Part shown: positions 18,694-27,935 of the stretch, one piece after another | How positions within the stretch are numbered: the stretch's first letter is position 1 | Layout: every line of letters begins with the position of its first letter | Origin: Candidatus Sysuimicrobium calidum | GTDB taxonomy: Bacteria > Sysuimicrobiota > Sysuimicrobiia > Sysuimicrobiales > Sysuimicrobiaceae | Direction: 5' to 3' | Assembly: GCA_031459935.1 (NCBI GenBank) | Contig: JAVKHN010000001.1 | Span: forward strand, 23,388 to 87,387 | Length of the DNA: 64,000 nt | Made by a program: the position numbers and the translations under genes | The notes under the pieces: generated by a model | Databases searched by the model: none | What the model was told of the DNA's origin: nothing | What the model saw: only the letters and a program-made list of their open reading frames with translations

Positions 18694-19707
18694 ATGCAGC
18701 GACCCGTAACCCCTGTGGAACTTGGAATTCCGCCGGAGGTCCGGGACGTATCGCGGGAGCAGTGGCTCCACATGTACGAGCTCATGGCGAAGATCCGGGC
18801 CTTTGAGGAGCAGGTGAACGAGCTGTACGTGACCCGGCGCATGCCCGGGCTCGCGCACCTCTACGTCGGGGAGGAGGCGGTGGCGGTGGGCGTGTGTCAG
18901 GCCCTGCGCCGGGAAGACTACATCACCAGCACCCACCGGGGCCACGGTCACTGCCTGGCGAAGGGGGCCAGGGTGGACCGGATGTTCTGCGAGCTTCTGG
19001 GTAAGGCGGAGGGCTACTGCCGGGGCAAGGGTGGATCCATGCACATCGCGGATCCGGATTCCGGAAACCTCGGGGCCAACGCCATCGTGGGAGGCAGCGC
19101 AGGCATCGCGGCGGGCGCGGCCCTCTCCGCGAAGATGCGGGGCACGGACCAGGTGGCGGTGTGCTTCTTCGGGGAGGGGGCCCTGGGACAGGGGATCCTA
19201 TACGAGGCCATGAACATGGCCGCCCTGTGGAGGCTCCCGGTGATCTACGTATGCGAGAACAACCTGTACAACGAGTACACCCACTACCGGGAGACCACCG
19301 CCGGGGAGATCTTGGCGCGTCCCGGAGCCTTCGGCATCCCCGGGGAGGAGGTCGACGGGCAGGACGTGCGGCAGGTGCTGGCCGCGGCCCGCCGGGCCGT
19401 GGCCAGGGCCCGGCGCGGGGAAGGGCCTTCGTTCCTCCTGTGCAACACCTACCGCTTCTACGGCCACCACGTGGGCGACGTGGACCGCTCCTACTACCGG
19501 AGCAAGGAGGAGGAGGAGTGGTGGAAGCGGGAACGGGATCCCCTGCGCATCCTGCGGAGTTGGATGGTGCAGGCAGGACTGGCGGAGGAAGCGGAGTTCG
19601 AGCGTATCGATCGGGCGGTGCACGAGGAGGTCCTGGCGGGGGTGGCCTACGCCCTCCAGGCTCCCTATCCGGATCCCAGCGAGGTGAGCCAGCATGTCTA
19701 CGCCTAG
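18694..19707 (+). CDS. 2-oxoacid dehydrogenase E1 component alpha subunit (ThDP-dependent; PdhA/BkdA/AcoA-like)
   Basis: 337 aa with ThDP-binding motif region GDGA...N and overall E1alpha architecture. Confidence 0.85.
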   Translation: MQRPVTPVELGIPPEVRDVSREQWLHMYELMAKIRAFEEQVNELYVTRRMPGLAHLYVGEEAVAVGVCQALRREDYITSTHRGHGHCLAKGARVDRMFCELLGKAEGYCRGKGGSMHIADPDSGNLGANAIVGGSAGIAAGAALSAKMRGTDQVAVCFFGEGALGQGILYEAMNMAALWRLPVIYVCENNLYNEYTHYRETTAGEILARPGAFGIPGEEVDGQDVRQVLAAARRAVARARRGEGPSFLLCNTYRFYGHHVGDVDRSYYRSKEEEEWWKRERDPLRILRSWMVQAGLAEEAEFERIDRAVHEEVLAGVAYALQAPYPDPSEVSQHVYA

Positions 19708-20719
19708 CCTCTCCGTAGGAACGGACGCACGCGCGGGCGTGCGGGAGATCACCATGGCCCAGGCCATCCGGGAGGCCCTGGCGGAGGAGATGCGCCGGGA
19801 TCCCCGGGTGTTCCTCCTGGGCGAGGACGTGGCAGAGGCCGGCCACCCCTTCAAGGTGCTCTCGGGCCTCGTGCAGGAGTTCGGACCTCAACGGGTCATC
19901 GACACCCCCATCTCCGAGGCGGGGTTCGTGGGCATCGCGGTGGGCGCCGCCATGACGGGGATGCGGCCCGTGGTGGACATCATGTTCGGGGACTTCCTCA
20001 CCCTGGCCATGGACCAGATCGCAAACCAGGCGGCCAAGGTGCACTACATGTCGGGCGGCAAGATCAAAGTTCCGCTCGTGGTGCGCACGACCCTGGGTGC
20101 CACCCGCCGGTCTGCGGCCCAGCACAGCCAGAGCCTGCACGCCTGGTTCAGCCACATCCCCGGGCTCAAGGTGGCCCTACCCAGCACCCCCTATGACGCC
20201 AAGGGGCTGTTGAAGACCGCCATCCGGGACGACAACCCCGTGCTCTTCTTCGAGGACAAGATGATGTACCAGGTGAAGGGGCCTGTGCCGGAGGAGGAGT
20301 ACACCATCCCCTTCGGGGTGGCGGATGTCAAGCGCCAGGGGCGGGACGTGACCCTGGTGGCCACCAGCAGCATGGTGTACGTGGCCCTGGATGCGGCCCG
20401 GATCCTGGCGCAGGAGGGGATCGAGGCGGAGGTGGTGGATCCCCGCACCACGGTGCCCCTCGACGTGGAGACCCTGGTGCAAAGCGCCCGGAAGACCGGC
20501 CGCGTGATCGTGATCGACGAGGGATACCGGGGGTACGGAGTGACCGCGGAGATCGCTGCGGTGATCGCGGAGGAGGCCTTCTACGACCTCGAAGCTCCTG
20601 TGCGGCGCCTGGGAGCCATGGACGTGCCGGTCCCCTTCTCCCCGGTGCTGGAAGACGAGACCGTACCCACCCCCGAGCGGGTGGCGGCGGTGGCGCGGGA
20701 GCTGTGTTGGCGGGCATGA
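19694..20719 (+). CDS. 2-oxoacid dehydrogenase E1 component beta subunit (transketolase-like)
   Basis: E1beta pattern (ITMAQAIREALAEEMRRDPRVFLLGEDV...). Alternative start ATG at 19754. Confidence 0.85.
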   Translation: MSTPSLSVGTDARAGVREITMAQAIREALAEEMRRDPRVFLLGEDVAEAGHPFKVLSGLVQEFGPQRVIDTPISEAGFVGIAVGAAMTGMRPVVDIMFGDFLTLAMDQIANQAAKVHYMSGGKIKVPLVVRTTLGATRRSAAQHSQSLHAWFSHIPGLKVALPSTPYDAKGLLKTAIRDDNPVLFFEDKMMYQVKGPVPEEEYTIPFGVADVKRQGRDVTLVATSSMVYVALDAARILAQEGIEAEVVDPRTTVPLDVETLVQSARKTGRVIVIDEGYRGYGVTAEIAAVIAEEAFYDLEAPVRRLGAMDVPVPFSPVLEDETVPTPERVAAVARELCWRA

Positions 20720-20737
20720 GCGGAAAGGCCAGAGGAG

Positions 20738-22084
20738 GTGAGGGAAATGGGGATCAAGACGTACGGCCTGATGGGGGTAGACTGGGAGGTCCGCGTGGAC
20801 TACGAGCGGCTGCGGCGGGAACGCCTGCAGCGCGCCAAGGCCTTCCTGAAGCGCTCGGAGCTGGGAGCCCTGCTGTGCTTCGACATGAACAACATCCGCT
20901 ACATCACCGCGACCCACATCGGGACCTGGGCCATGGACAAGCTCGTGCGGTTCTGTCTGCTGCCGCAGGACGACGAACCCATCCTGTGGGACTTCGGCTC
21001 CGCGGCCCGGCACCACCAGCTGTACTGTCCTTGGTTGGGGGAGCGGTCCCGGGCGGGGATCTCCACCCTGCGGGGGTCGTACCCCGAGCGGGCCAGGGAC
21101 GTGGCCCGCAAGATCCGCATCGAGCTGGAGGCCCGGGGCCTGCACAAGGAGCCCCTGGGCGTGGACATCGTGGAGCCCACGGTGCTCTTCGCCCTCCAGG
21201 AGGAGGGGCTGCGGGTGGTGGACGGGCAGTGGGTGATGACGGAGGCCCGCAAGATCAAGACGCAGGACGAGATCACCCTGCTGACGACCGCCTGCATGAT
21301 GGTGGATGCCGCCTACGAGGAGCTCTACAGGTTCCTGCGGCCCGGGGTACGGGAGAACGAGTGCGTGGGGCTCGTGGCCAAGGTCCTGTATGATCTCGGG
21401 TCCGAGCACGTAGAGGGCGTGAACGCCATCAGTGGGGAGCGGTGCAGCCCGCACCCCCACGTGTACACGGATCGGGTCCTGCGGCCCGGGGACCCCGTGT
21501 ACTTCGACATCCTGCACAGCTTCAACGGCTACCGTACCTGCTACTACCGTACCTTCGTGGTCGGCAGCGCCTCCCCCGCCATGGTGGACGCCTACAAGCG
21601 GTGTCGGGACTACCTGGATGCGGCCATCAGCCTCATCAAGCCCGGGGTGACCACCGCAGACGTGGTGAAGGTATGGCCCAGGGCGGAGGAGTTCGGGTTT
21701 GCCAACGAAGAGGCCGCCTTCGCACTGCAGTACGGGCACGGGGTGGGGCTCTCGATCTGGGAGAAGCCCATTTTCAGCCGCCTCGTGTCCTTCGACAAGC
21801 CGGAGGTCATCGAGGAAGGGATGGTGCTGGCTCTGGAGACCTTCTGGCCCGCCTCGGACGGCTGGTCCGCCGCCCGCATCGAGGAACAGCTGGTGGTCAC
21901 CAGGGACGGCTGTGAGGTCATCACGCGCTTTCCCGCGGAGCAGCTCCTGGTGGTGGGAGCGCGGTACTGGACCGTGGACGGGCCGCTTCCGCTGCGGCGT
22001 GAGGTGCAGTCGCACCTGAACCGGGAAACCAGCCCCCTGGAGGCAGTGGTGGCCTCCGCGGCGGTGGAAGGCGTCCGGTCCTAG
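20738..22084 (+). CDS. M24 family metallohydrolase (creatinase/prolidase N-domain + pita-bread domain; Xaa-Pro peptidase / ectoine-hydrolase-like)
   Basis: 448 aa. Pita-bread-fold metal ligands (H...D...D...H...E...E pattern). Sits between the E1beta and E2 genes. Confidence 0.72.
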   Translation: MREMGIKTYGLMGVDWEVRVDYERLRRERLQRAKAFLKRSELGALLCFDMNNIRYITATHIGTWAMDKLVRFCLLPQDDEPILWDFGSAARHHQLYCPWLGERSRAGISTLRGSYPERARDVARKIRIELEARGLHKEPLGVDIVEPTVLFALQEEGLRVVDGQWVMTEARKIKTQDEITLLTTACMMVDAAYEELYRFLRPGVRENECVGLVAKVLYDLGSEHVEGVNAISGERCSPHPHVYTDRVLRPGDPVYFDILHSFNGYRTCYYRTFVVGSASPAMVDAYKRCRDYLDAAISLIKPGVTTADVVKVWPRAEEFGFANEEAAFALQYGHGVGLSIWEKPIFSRLVSFDKPEVIEEGMVLALETFWPASDGWSAARIEEQLVVTRDGCEVITRFPAEQLLVVGARYWTVDGPLPLRREVQSHLNRETSPLEAVVASAAVEGVRS

Positions 22085-22098
22085 GGTCGGAGGGAGAC

Positions 22099-23253
22099 GT
22101 GCCGAAAGAGGTGATCATGCCCGCCCTGGGCCTCGCCCAGGAGACGGGGAAGATCCTGAAGTGGCTTCGGAGGGAGGGGCAGGAGGTCCGTCAGGGCGAG
22201 CCCCTCCTCGAGGTGGAGACCGACAAGGCCAACGTGGAGATCGAGGCCCCGGCCAGCGGAGTGCTGGGCCGGATCCTGGTATCGGAGGGCGGGGAGGTGC
22301 CGGTGGGGCAGGTGATCGGGTGGATCCTCCTCGCTGGCGAGTCGCCCTCCGACGTTCCGGGGGAGCCGGTGGGCACGCTGGAGAAGGCGGAGTCCGCGGC
22401 TGCGGTGGTGGAGGGGACCCAGCCGCCGCGGGCCGAGGCGGCGACGCCTGCCCGGCCCCGGGCTTCCCCCAAGGCCCGCAGACTGGCCCGTGAGATGGGG
22501 CTGGATCTGAGCTCCGTGCGGGGATCCGGGCCCGGCGGGGCGGTGTTGGCCGCCGATCTCCAGCAGCTCGCGGCGGCCGCGGTGCCCGCCGAGCTCCCGC
22601 ACGTGTGGAAGCTCATGGCGGAGCGCACCGCGCGGGCGTGGAGCACGGTTCCGCACTTCTTCCTGCAGCGGGACGTGCGGGCGGATCGCCTGCTGGCGTG
22701 GCGGGAGGCCCTTCGGGCGCGGGTACAGCAGGATCTCACGTACACGGATCTGCTGGTGAAGCTGGTGGCCGCGGCCCTGCGGCTCCACCCGGAGCTCAAC
22801 GCCCGGTGGGAGGAGGGGCGCATCCAGCGGCTTCCGGAGGTGAACATCGGCCTCGCGGTGGCCACAGATCAGGGGCTTGTGGTGCCCGTGATCCGCGGGG
22901 CGGACCAGCTCCCCGTGGAGGAGATCGCGCGCCGCCGAGGGGAGCTCGTGGAGCGGGCGAGGGCCGGAAAACTGCGCCTGGAGGACGTGGAGGGAGGAAC
23001 CTTTACCCTCACGAACCTCGGCATGTACGGGGTGGACCGGTTCTTCGCCATCGTCAACGCTCCCCAAGCGGCCATTCTGAGCGTGGGGCGCATCGTGGAA
23101 CGGGTGATGGGGGAGGAAGGGAAAGCCGTGGTGCGCCCCGGCCTCACCCTGGGGCTCTCATGCGACCACCGGGTGGTGGACGGTGCCCGGGCCGCCCGGT
23201 TCCTGGAGACGCTTGCGGGGTTTGTGGAGGAACCGCTGGCGCTGCTGCGGTAA
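22099..23253 (+). CDS. 2-oxoacid dehydrogenase E2 component (dihydrolipoamide acyltransferase)
   Basis: N-terminal lipoyl domain (EVETDKANVEIEAPASG), Ala/Pro linker, catalytic domain with DHRVVDGA. Confidence 0.85.
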   Translation: MPKEVIMPALGLAQETGKILKWLRREGQEVRQGEPLLEVETDKANVEIEAPASGVLGRILVSEGGEVPVGQVIGWILLAGESPSDVPGEPVGTLEKAESAAAVVEGTQPPRAEAATPARPRASPKARRLAREMGLDLSSVRGSGPGGAVLAADLQQLAAAAVPAELPHVWKLMAERTARAWSTVPHFFLQRDVRADRLLAWREALRARVQQDLTYTDLLVKLVAAALRLHPELNARWEEGRIQRLPEVNIGLAVATDQGLVVPVIRGADQLPVEEIARRRGELVERARAGKLRLEDVEGGTFTLTNLGMYGVDRFFAIVNAPQAAILSVGRIVERVMGEEGKAVVRPGLTLGLSCDHRVVDGARAARFLETLAGFVEEPLALLR

Positions 23254-23261
23254 AAAGCCGC

Positions 23262-24038
23262 ATGGACCTCGGGATTCGGGGAAGGATCGCCATCGTCACC
23301 GGAGGCAGCCGGGGCCTGGGCCGCAGCGCGGCCATCTCCCTGGCCCAGGAGGGGGTCCGGGTGGCCATCTGCGCGCGGACCCCGGACGCTCTTCACCGGA
23401 CCGTGGAGGAGCTCCGCAACCTCGGCGCGGAGGCCATGGGCATCGTGGCGGACGTGACGCACCCGGAGGGGCCGGAGAAGGTCTACCGGGAGACGGTGGA
23501 ACGCTTCGGGCAGGTGGACATCCTGGTGAACAACGTGGGGGGACGGCGCGGGGGGCAGTCCCTGGAGGACACCGCGGAACAGGACTTCCTGGACGCCCTC
23601 CTGCTCAACCTGTTCAGCGCCATCCGGCTCACCCGGCTTGTCCTCCCGGAGATGCGCAGGCGGCGGTGGGGCCGCATCATCAACATCGCCTCCATCTGGG
23701 GGCGGGAGTACGGAGGAACCATCGCGTACATGACCGCGAAGGCCGCCCTCATCGCGTTTACGAAAGGCCTGGCTCGACAGGTGGCGAAGGACAACGTGCT
23801 GGTGAACTCCGTGGCTCCGGGTTCCATCCTGTTCCCGGGCGGAGGCTGGGATCGGTTCGTCCAGAGCAATCCGCCGGAGGTGGTGGAGGCGTTCATCGAG
23901 CGCCACCTGCCCATGGGCCGGTTCGGCTGGCCGGAGCCCGTGGGAGACCTGGTGGCCTTTCTCGCCTCGGAACGGGCGTCCCTCATCACCGGAGCCTGCA
24001 TCAACATCGACGGGGGGCAGAGCTACTCCCTGATCTAG
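23262..24038 (+). CDS. SDR family oxidoreductase
   Basis: TGGSRGLG Rossmann motif and YxxxK (YMTAK) catalytic motif. Confidence 0.8.
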   Translation: MDLGIRGRIAIVTGGSRGLGRSAAISLAQEGVRVAICARTPDALHRTVEELRNLGAEAMGIVADVTHPEGPEKVYRETVERFGQVDILVNNVGGRRGGQSLEDTAEQDFLDALLLNLFSAIRLTRLVLPEMRRRRWGRIINIASIWGREYGGTIAYMTAKAALIAFTKGLARQVAKDNVLVNSVAPGSILFPGGGWDRFVQSNPPEVVEAFIERHLPMGRFGWPEPVGDLVAFLASERASLITGACINIDGGQSYSLI

Positions 24039-24056
24039 CGGAAGGGAGGTGCGGGG

Positions 24057-25487
24057 ATGAGCACCAGGACGGTTCCGCGGTGGGGTCTATGGATTGACGG
24101 TCGGTGGCGGGACGCAGACCGGTACGTACCGGTGCTGCACAAGTACCGGCAGGAGGTCCTCGCGGAGGTGGCGGAGGCGGACGAGGTTCTCGTGGACGAG
24201 GCGGTGCGGGCCGCACAGCGGGCCGCGGAGCGGCCGCTACCGCCGTACCGGCGGTTCGAGATCCTGCGCCGGGCCGCGGATCTGCTGGGCGAGCGGAAGG
24301 AGGAGTTCGCCCGCACCATCGCCCGGGAGGCCGGCAAGCCCCTCAAGTACGCCCGCATCGAGGTGGATCGGGCCATCCAGACCATCTCCCTGAGCGGAGA
24401 GGAGGCCAAGCGCATCCACGGGGAGCAGGTTCCCGTGGATGCGGCCCCGGGGTCCGAAGGCCGTCTGGCGTTCACCCTTCGGGTCCCCGTGGGCGTGGTG
24501 TGCGCCATCGCGCCCTTCAACTTCCCCCTCAACCTCGTGGCCCACAAGGTGGCCCCGGCCCTGGCCGCGGGGAACGCGGTGGTGCTCAAGCCCGCCACCT
24601 ACACTCCCCTCACGAGCCTGATGCTGGCCCAGCTGCTGGAGGAGGCGGGGCTTCCCCCGGGATACCTCAACGTGGTGGTGGGAGGCGGGCACACGGTGGG
24701 TGAGGCCCTGCTGCGGCATCCCGGGATCGCCCTGTACACCTTCACCGGAAGTCCGGAGGTGGGCGAGCGCATCAAGGCCGCCACGGGCCTGCGCCGCGTG
24801 ATCCTGGAGCTCGGCAACAACTCCCCCAACATCGTATCTCGGGACGCGGACCTGGACCGGGCGGCGCAGCTGCTGGCCCGGTTCGCGTACCTCTATGCGG
24901 GCCAGTTCTGCATCTCCGTCCAGCGCATCTACGTGGAGGAGCCCGTCTACGAGGCCTTCCTGGAGAAGTTCGTGGCATCGGCCCGGGCCATGAGGTTGGG
25001 GGATCCGGAGGATCCCGAGACCGACATCGGCCCCATGATCTCCGAGGAGGACGCCAAGCGCGTGGAGGCCTGGGTGGAGGAGGCCATCCAGGGCGGCGCG
25101 AGGCGGGTGCTGGGAGGACCGCGCCAGGGAGTGCTCTATCCCGCCACGGCCCTGGTGGATGTGCGGCCGGAGATGAAGGTGGTCTGTCAGGAGGTCTTCG
25201 GCCCCGTGGCCTCCGTGGTGGCGTGCTCCAGTTTCGAGGAAGCCCTAGAACGGGCCAACGAGACCGTCTACGGTCTGCAGGCGGGGGTGTTCACCAACGA
25301 CCTTCGCAAGGCCATGCTGGCGGCGAAGACCCTGCGCATGGGCGGGGTGATCGTCAACGACACCTCCGGCTACCGGGTGGATCTCATGCCCTACGGCGGG
25401 GTGCGGCGCAGCGGCATCGGCCGGGAGGGTCCGCGGTACGCCATCGAGGAAATGACGGACCTGCGCATCGTGGTCCTGAACCCTTAG
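24057..25487 (+). CDS. NAD(P)+-dependent aldehyde dehydrogenase family protein
   Basis: 476 aa; ELGNNSP (ELGG-type) and catalytic Cys region GQFCISVQR. Confidence 0.85.
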   Translation: MSTRTVPRWGLWIDGRWRDADRYVPVLHKYRQEVLAEVAEADEVLVDEAVRAAQRAAERPLPPYRRFEILRRAADLLGERKEEFARTIAREAGKPLKYARIEVDRAIQTISLSGEEAKRIHGEQVPVDAAPGSEGRLAFTLRVPVGVVCAIAPFNFPLNLVAHKVAPALAAGNAVVLKPATYTPLTSLMLAQLLEEAGLPPGYLNVVVGGGHTVGEALLRHPGIALYTFTGSPEVGERIKAATGLRRVILELGNNSPNIVSRDADLDRAAQLLARFAYLYAGQFCISVQRIYVEEPVYEAFLEKFVASARAMRLGDPEDPETDIGPMISEEDAKRVEAWVEEAIQGGARRVLGGPRQGVLYPATALVDVRPEMKVVCQEVFGPVASVVACSSFEEALERANETVYGLQAGVFTNDLRKAMLAAKTLRMGGVIVNDTSGYRVDLMPYGGVRRSGIGREGPRYAIEEMTDLRIVVLNP

Positions 25488-25546
25488 CTGCCGAGCACCT
25501 CCCTGCCCCGGCCTGCCGCCTTCTGAGCTCTTTGCGGAGGTGTCGT

Positions 25547-27856
25547 GTGGAAACACGGTGGATCGGGAGACCCCTCCGGCGTCGGGAGGATCCGCGGTTC
25601 CTCCGCGGCGAGGCCCGTTACCTCGACGACCTGGTCCTCCCGGGGATGCTCCACATGGTCGTGGTCCGCAGCCCCTATGCCCATGGGGTGCTTCGGGCGG
25701 TGCAGACGGAGCGGGCCCGGGGAGTGCCTGGAGTGGTGGCGGTGGTCACCGCGGAGGATCTTCCCCCGGGACTGCAGGGAGTTCCCCCGGCTCCGGTGGA
25801 GGGAGCGGAGGTGGCCTTCGTCCCGCACCCGCTGCTCGCCCGGGACCGGGTGCGCTATGTGGGAGAGCCCGTGGCCGCGGTGGTGGCGGAGACCCGGGCT
25901 GCGGCCTCCGATGCCGCGGCGGAGGTGGAGCTGGAGGTGGAGCCGCTCCCCGCGGTGGTGCACCTACAGGAGGCCCTGAGGGGGGAGGTACGGCTCCACG
26001 AAGCCGTCCCGGACAACGTGCTGTTCCGGTGGCGCCGCGCCGGAGGGGATCCGGAAGCGGCCTTCCGGCGGGCAGCTCGGGTGGTGCGCGGTCGCTTCCG
26101 GATCCCCCGCCTAGCCGCGGTTCCCCTGGAACCCCGCGGGGCGCTTGCCGCCTACGATCCGGGAACCGGCACCCTCACCCTGTGGTGCTCGGCCCAGGGA
26201 CCGCACCAGCCTCGCATGCAGCTGAGCCGGATCCTGCGGCATCCGGAGGATCGCATCCGGGTGGTGGTGCCGGATGTGGGAGGCGCGTTCGGGAGCAAGG
26301 GGAGCCTGCCGCCGGAAGCGGCCCTCGCCGCCTGGGCCGCGATGCGGTTGCGGCGTCCCGTGAAGTGGGTGGAGACCCGGCGCGAGAACCTGCAGGCCTC
26401 CTACCAGGGGCGGGGGCTTGAGGCGGAGGTGGAGATGGCGGTGGAGGAGACGGGGCGCATCACCGGGGTGCGGGCCACCCTGTGGGCGGACGCGGGCGCC
26501 TACCTCTACCCTTCCACCGTCATCCCGCCCGTTACCGCCGCCATGCTGCTCACGGGCGCCTATGCCATCCCCGCCGCGGAGGTCACGGTGCTGGGGGTGG
26601 CCACGAACAAGGTGCCCACGGGACCCTATCGGGGCGCAGGACGCCCCGAGGCCGCGTATCTCGTGGAGCGCATGGTGGACCTCGTGGCCCGGGAGCTGGA
26701 CCTGGATCCCATGGAGCTGCGCCTGCGCAACTGCATCCCTCCGGATGCCTTCCCGTACCGCACGCCGCTCGGGTTTACCTACGACTCCGGGAACTACCCC
26801 CAGGTCCTGCAGCGCCTGCAGGCCCTCCTGGAGGCGGACGGGTGGCGGACCTTCCGGGAGCGCGCGCGGGCGGAGGGTAGGCTCGTGGGGATCGGCGCGG
26901 CCCTGTACGTGGAGCGGGTGGGAGCCCGGGAGTGGGAGAGTGCTTCGGTCTCGGTGCTCCCCTCCGGCCGGGTGGTGGTGCGCACGGGCTCCACCCCCCA
27001 CGGCCAGGGACACGAGACCACCTTCGCGCAGATCGCGGCGGAGCTGCTGCACCTGGATGTGGCGGACGTCGCGGTGCAGTATGGGGACTCCGCGGTGGTA
27101 CCTCCGGGGGTAGGGACCTTCGGGAGCCGGTCCACCACCATCGGGGGATCCGCCTTGGTGGTGGCGCTCCGGAAGATCCGGGAGAAGGCGACCCGGATCG
27201 CCGCGCACCTCCTCGAGGCCGCGGAGGCGGACATCGAGTGGGAGGGTGCACAGCTGCGGGTTCGGGGCGCACCGGGGCGGGCGGTGTCCTGGCAGGAGCT
27301 CGCGGCCGCCGCGTACCAGCCCGGTCGCCTCCCGCCGGGGATGGAGCTGGGACTGGACGCGTACGGGTATTTCACTCTCCCGGGGCTGGTCTTCCCCTAC
27401 GGTGCGTACGGGGCCCTGGTGGAGGTGGACCGGGAGACGGGCGAGGTGAAGTTGTTGAAGCTCCTAGCGGTGGACGACGCGGGGCGGGTGATCAACCCGC
27501 TGCTGGCGGAGGGGCAGGTGCGGGGCGGGATCGCGCAGGGGATCGGGCAGGCCTTGCTGGAAGAGGTGGTATACAGGGAGGACGGACAGCTGTTGACGGC
27601 GAGTCTCGCGGAGTACGCGGTGCCGCGGGCGGGGGACATCCCGGAGGTGGAGACGGAGCTCGTGGAGACGCCGAGCCCCTTGAATCCACTGGGGGCAAAG
27701 GGGATCGGGGAGGCGGGGACCATCGGGATGCCGGTGGCGGTGGCGAACGCGGTGATGGATGCCCTTCGGCCAGTCGGGATCCGGCACCTGGACTTCCCCT
27801 TCCGGTCGGAACGGGTATGGTGGGCCATTCGGGAGCGGGCGTCGGAGGGACGCTGA
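25547..27856 (+). CDS. Xanthine dehydrogenase / aerobic CO-dehydrogenase (CoxL) family molybdopterin-binding large subunit
   Basis: About 770 aa. N-terminal RREDPRFLRGEARYLDD; active-site-loop-like PYRGAGRPE. GTG at 25547 after GGAGG; the ORF-track start at 25223 is a read-through artefact. Confidence 0.8.
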   Translation: METRWIGRPLRRREDPRFLRGEARYLDDLVLPGMLHMVVVRSPYAHGVLRAVQTERARGVPGVVAVVTAEDLPPGLQGVPPAPVEGAEVAFVPHPLLARDRVRYVGEPVAAVVAETRAAASDAAAEVELEVEPLPAVVHLQEALRGEVRLHEAVPDNVLFRWRRAGGDPEAAFRRAARVVRGRFRIPRLAAVPLEPRGALAAYDPGTGTLTLWCSAQGPHQPRMQLSRILRHPEDRIRVVVPDVGGAFGSKGSLPPEAALAAWAAMRLRRPVKWVETRRENLQASYQGRGLEAEVEMAVEETGRITGVRATLWADAGAYLYPSTVIPPVTAAMLLTGAYAIPAAEVTVLGVATNKVPTGPYRGAGRPEAAYLVERMVDLVARELDLDPMELRLRNCIPPDAFPYRTPLGFTYDSGNYPQVLQRLQALLEADGWRTFRERARAEGRLVGIGAALYVERVGAREWESASVSVLPSGRVVVRTGSTPHGQGHETTFAQIAAELLHLDVADVAVQYGDSAVVPPGVGTFGSRSTTIGGSALVVALRKIREKATRIAAHLLEAAEADIEWEGAQLRVRGAPGRAVSWQELAAAAYQPGRLPPGMELGLDAYGYFTLPGLVFPYGAYGALVEVDRETGEVKLLKLLAVDDAGRVINPLLAEGQVRGGIAQGIGQALLEEVVYREDGQLLTASLAEYAVPRAGDIPEVETELVETPSPLNPLGAKGIGEAGTIGMPVAVANAVMDALRPVGIRHLDFPFRSERVWWAIRERASEGR

Positions 27857-27935
27857 GTCGTCCCCCTTCCTACCGGCTCCGTACGATCCGGTGAACGTAG
27901 CCGAGAAAGGCATCTGCGGGAAAGGAGGGAGGGCG

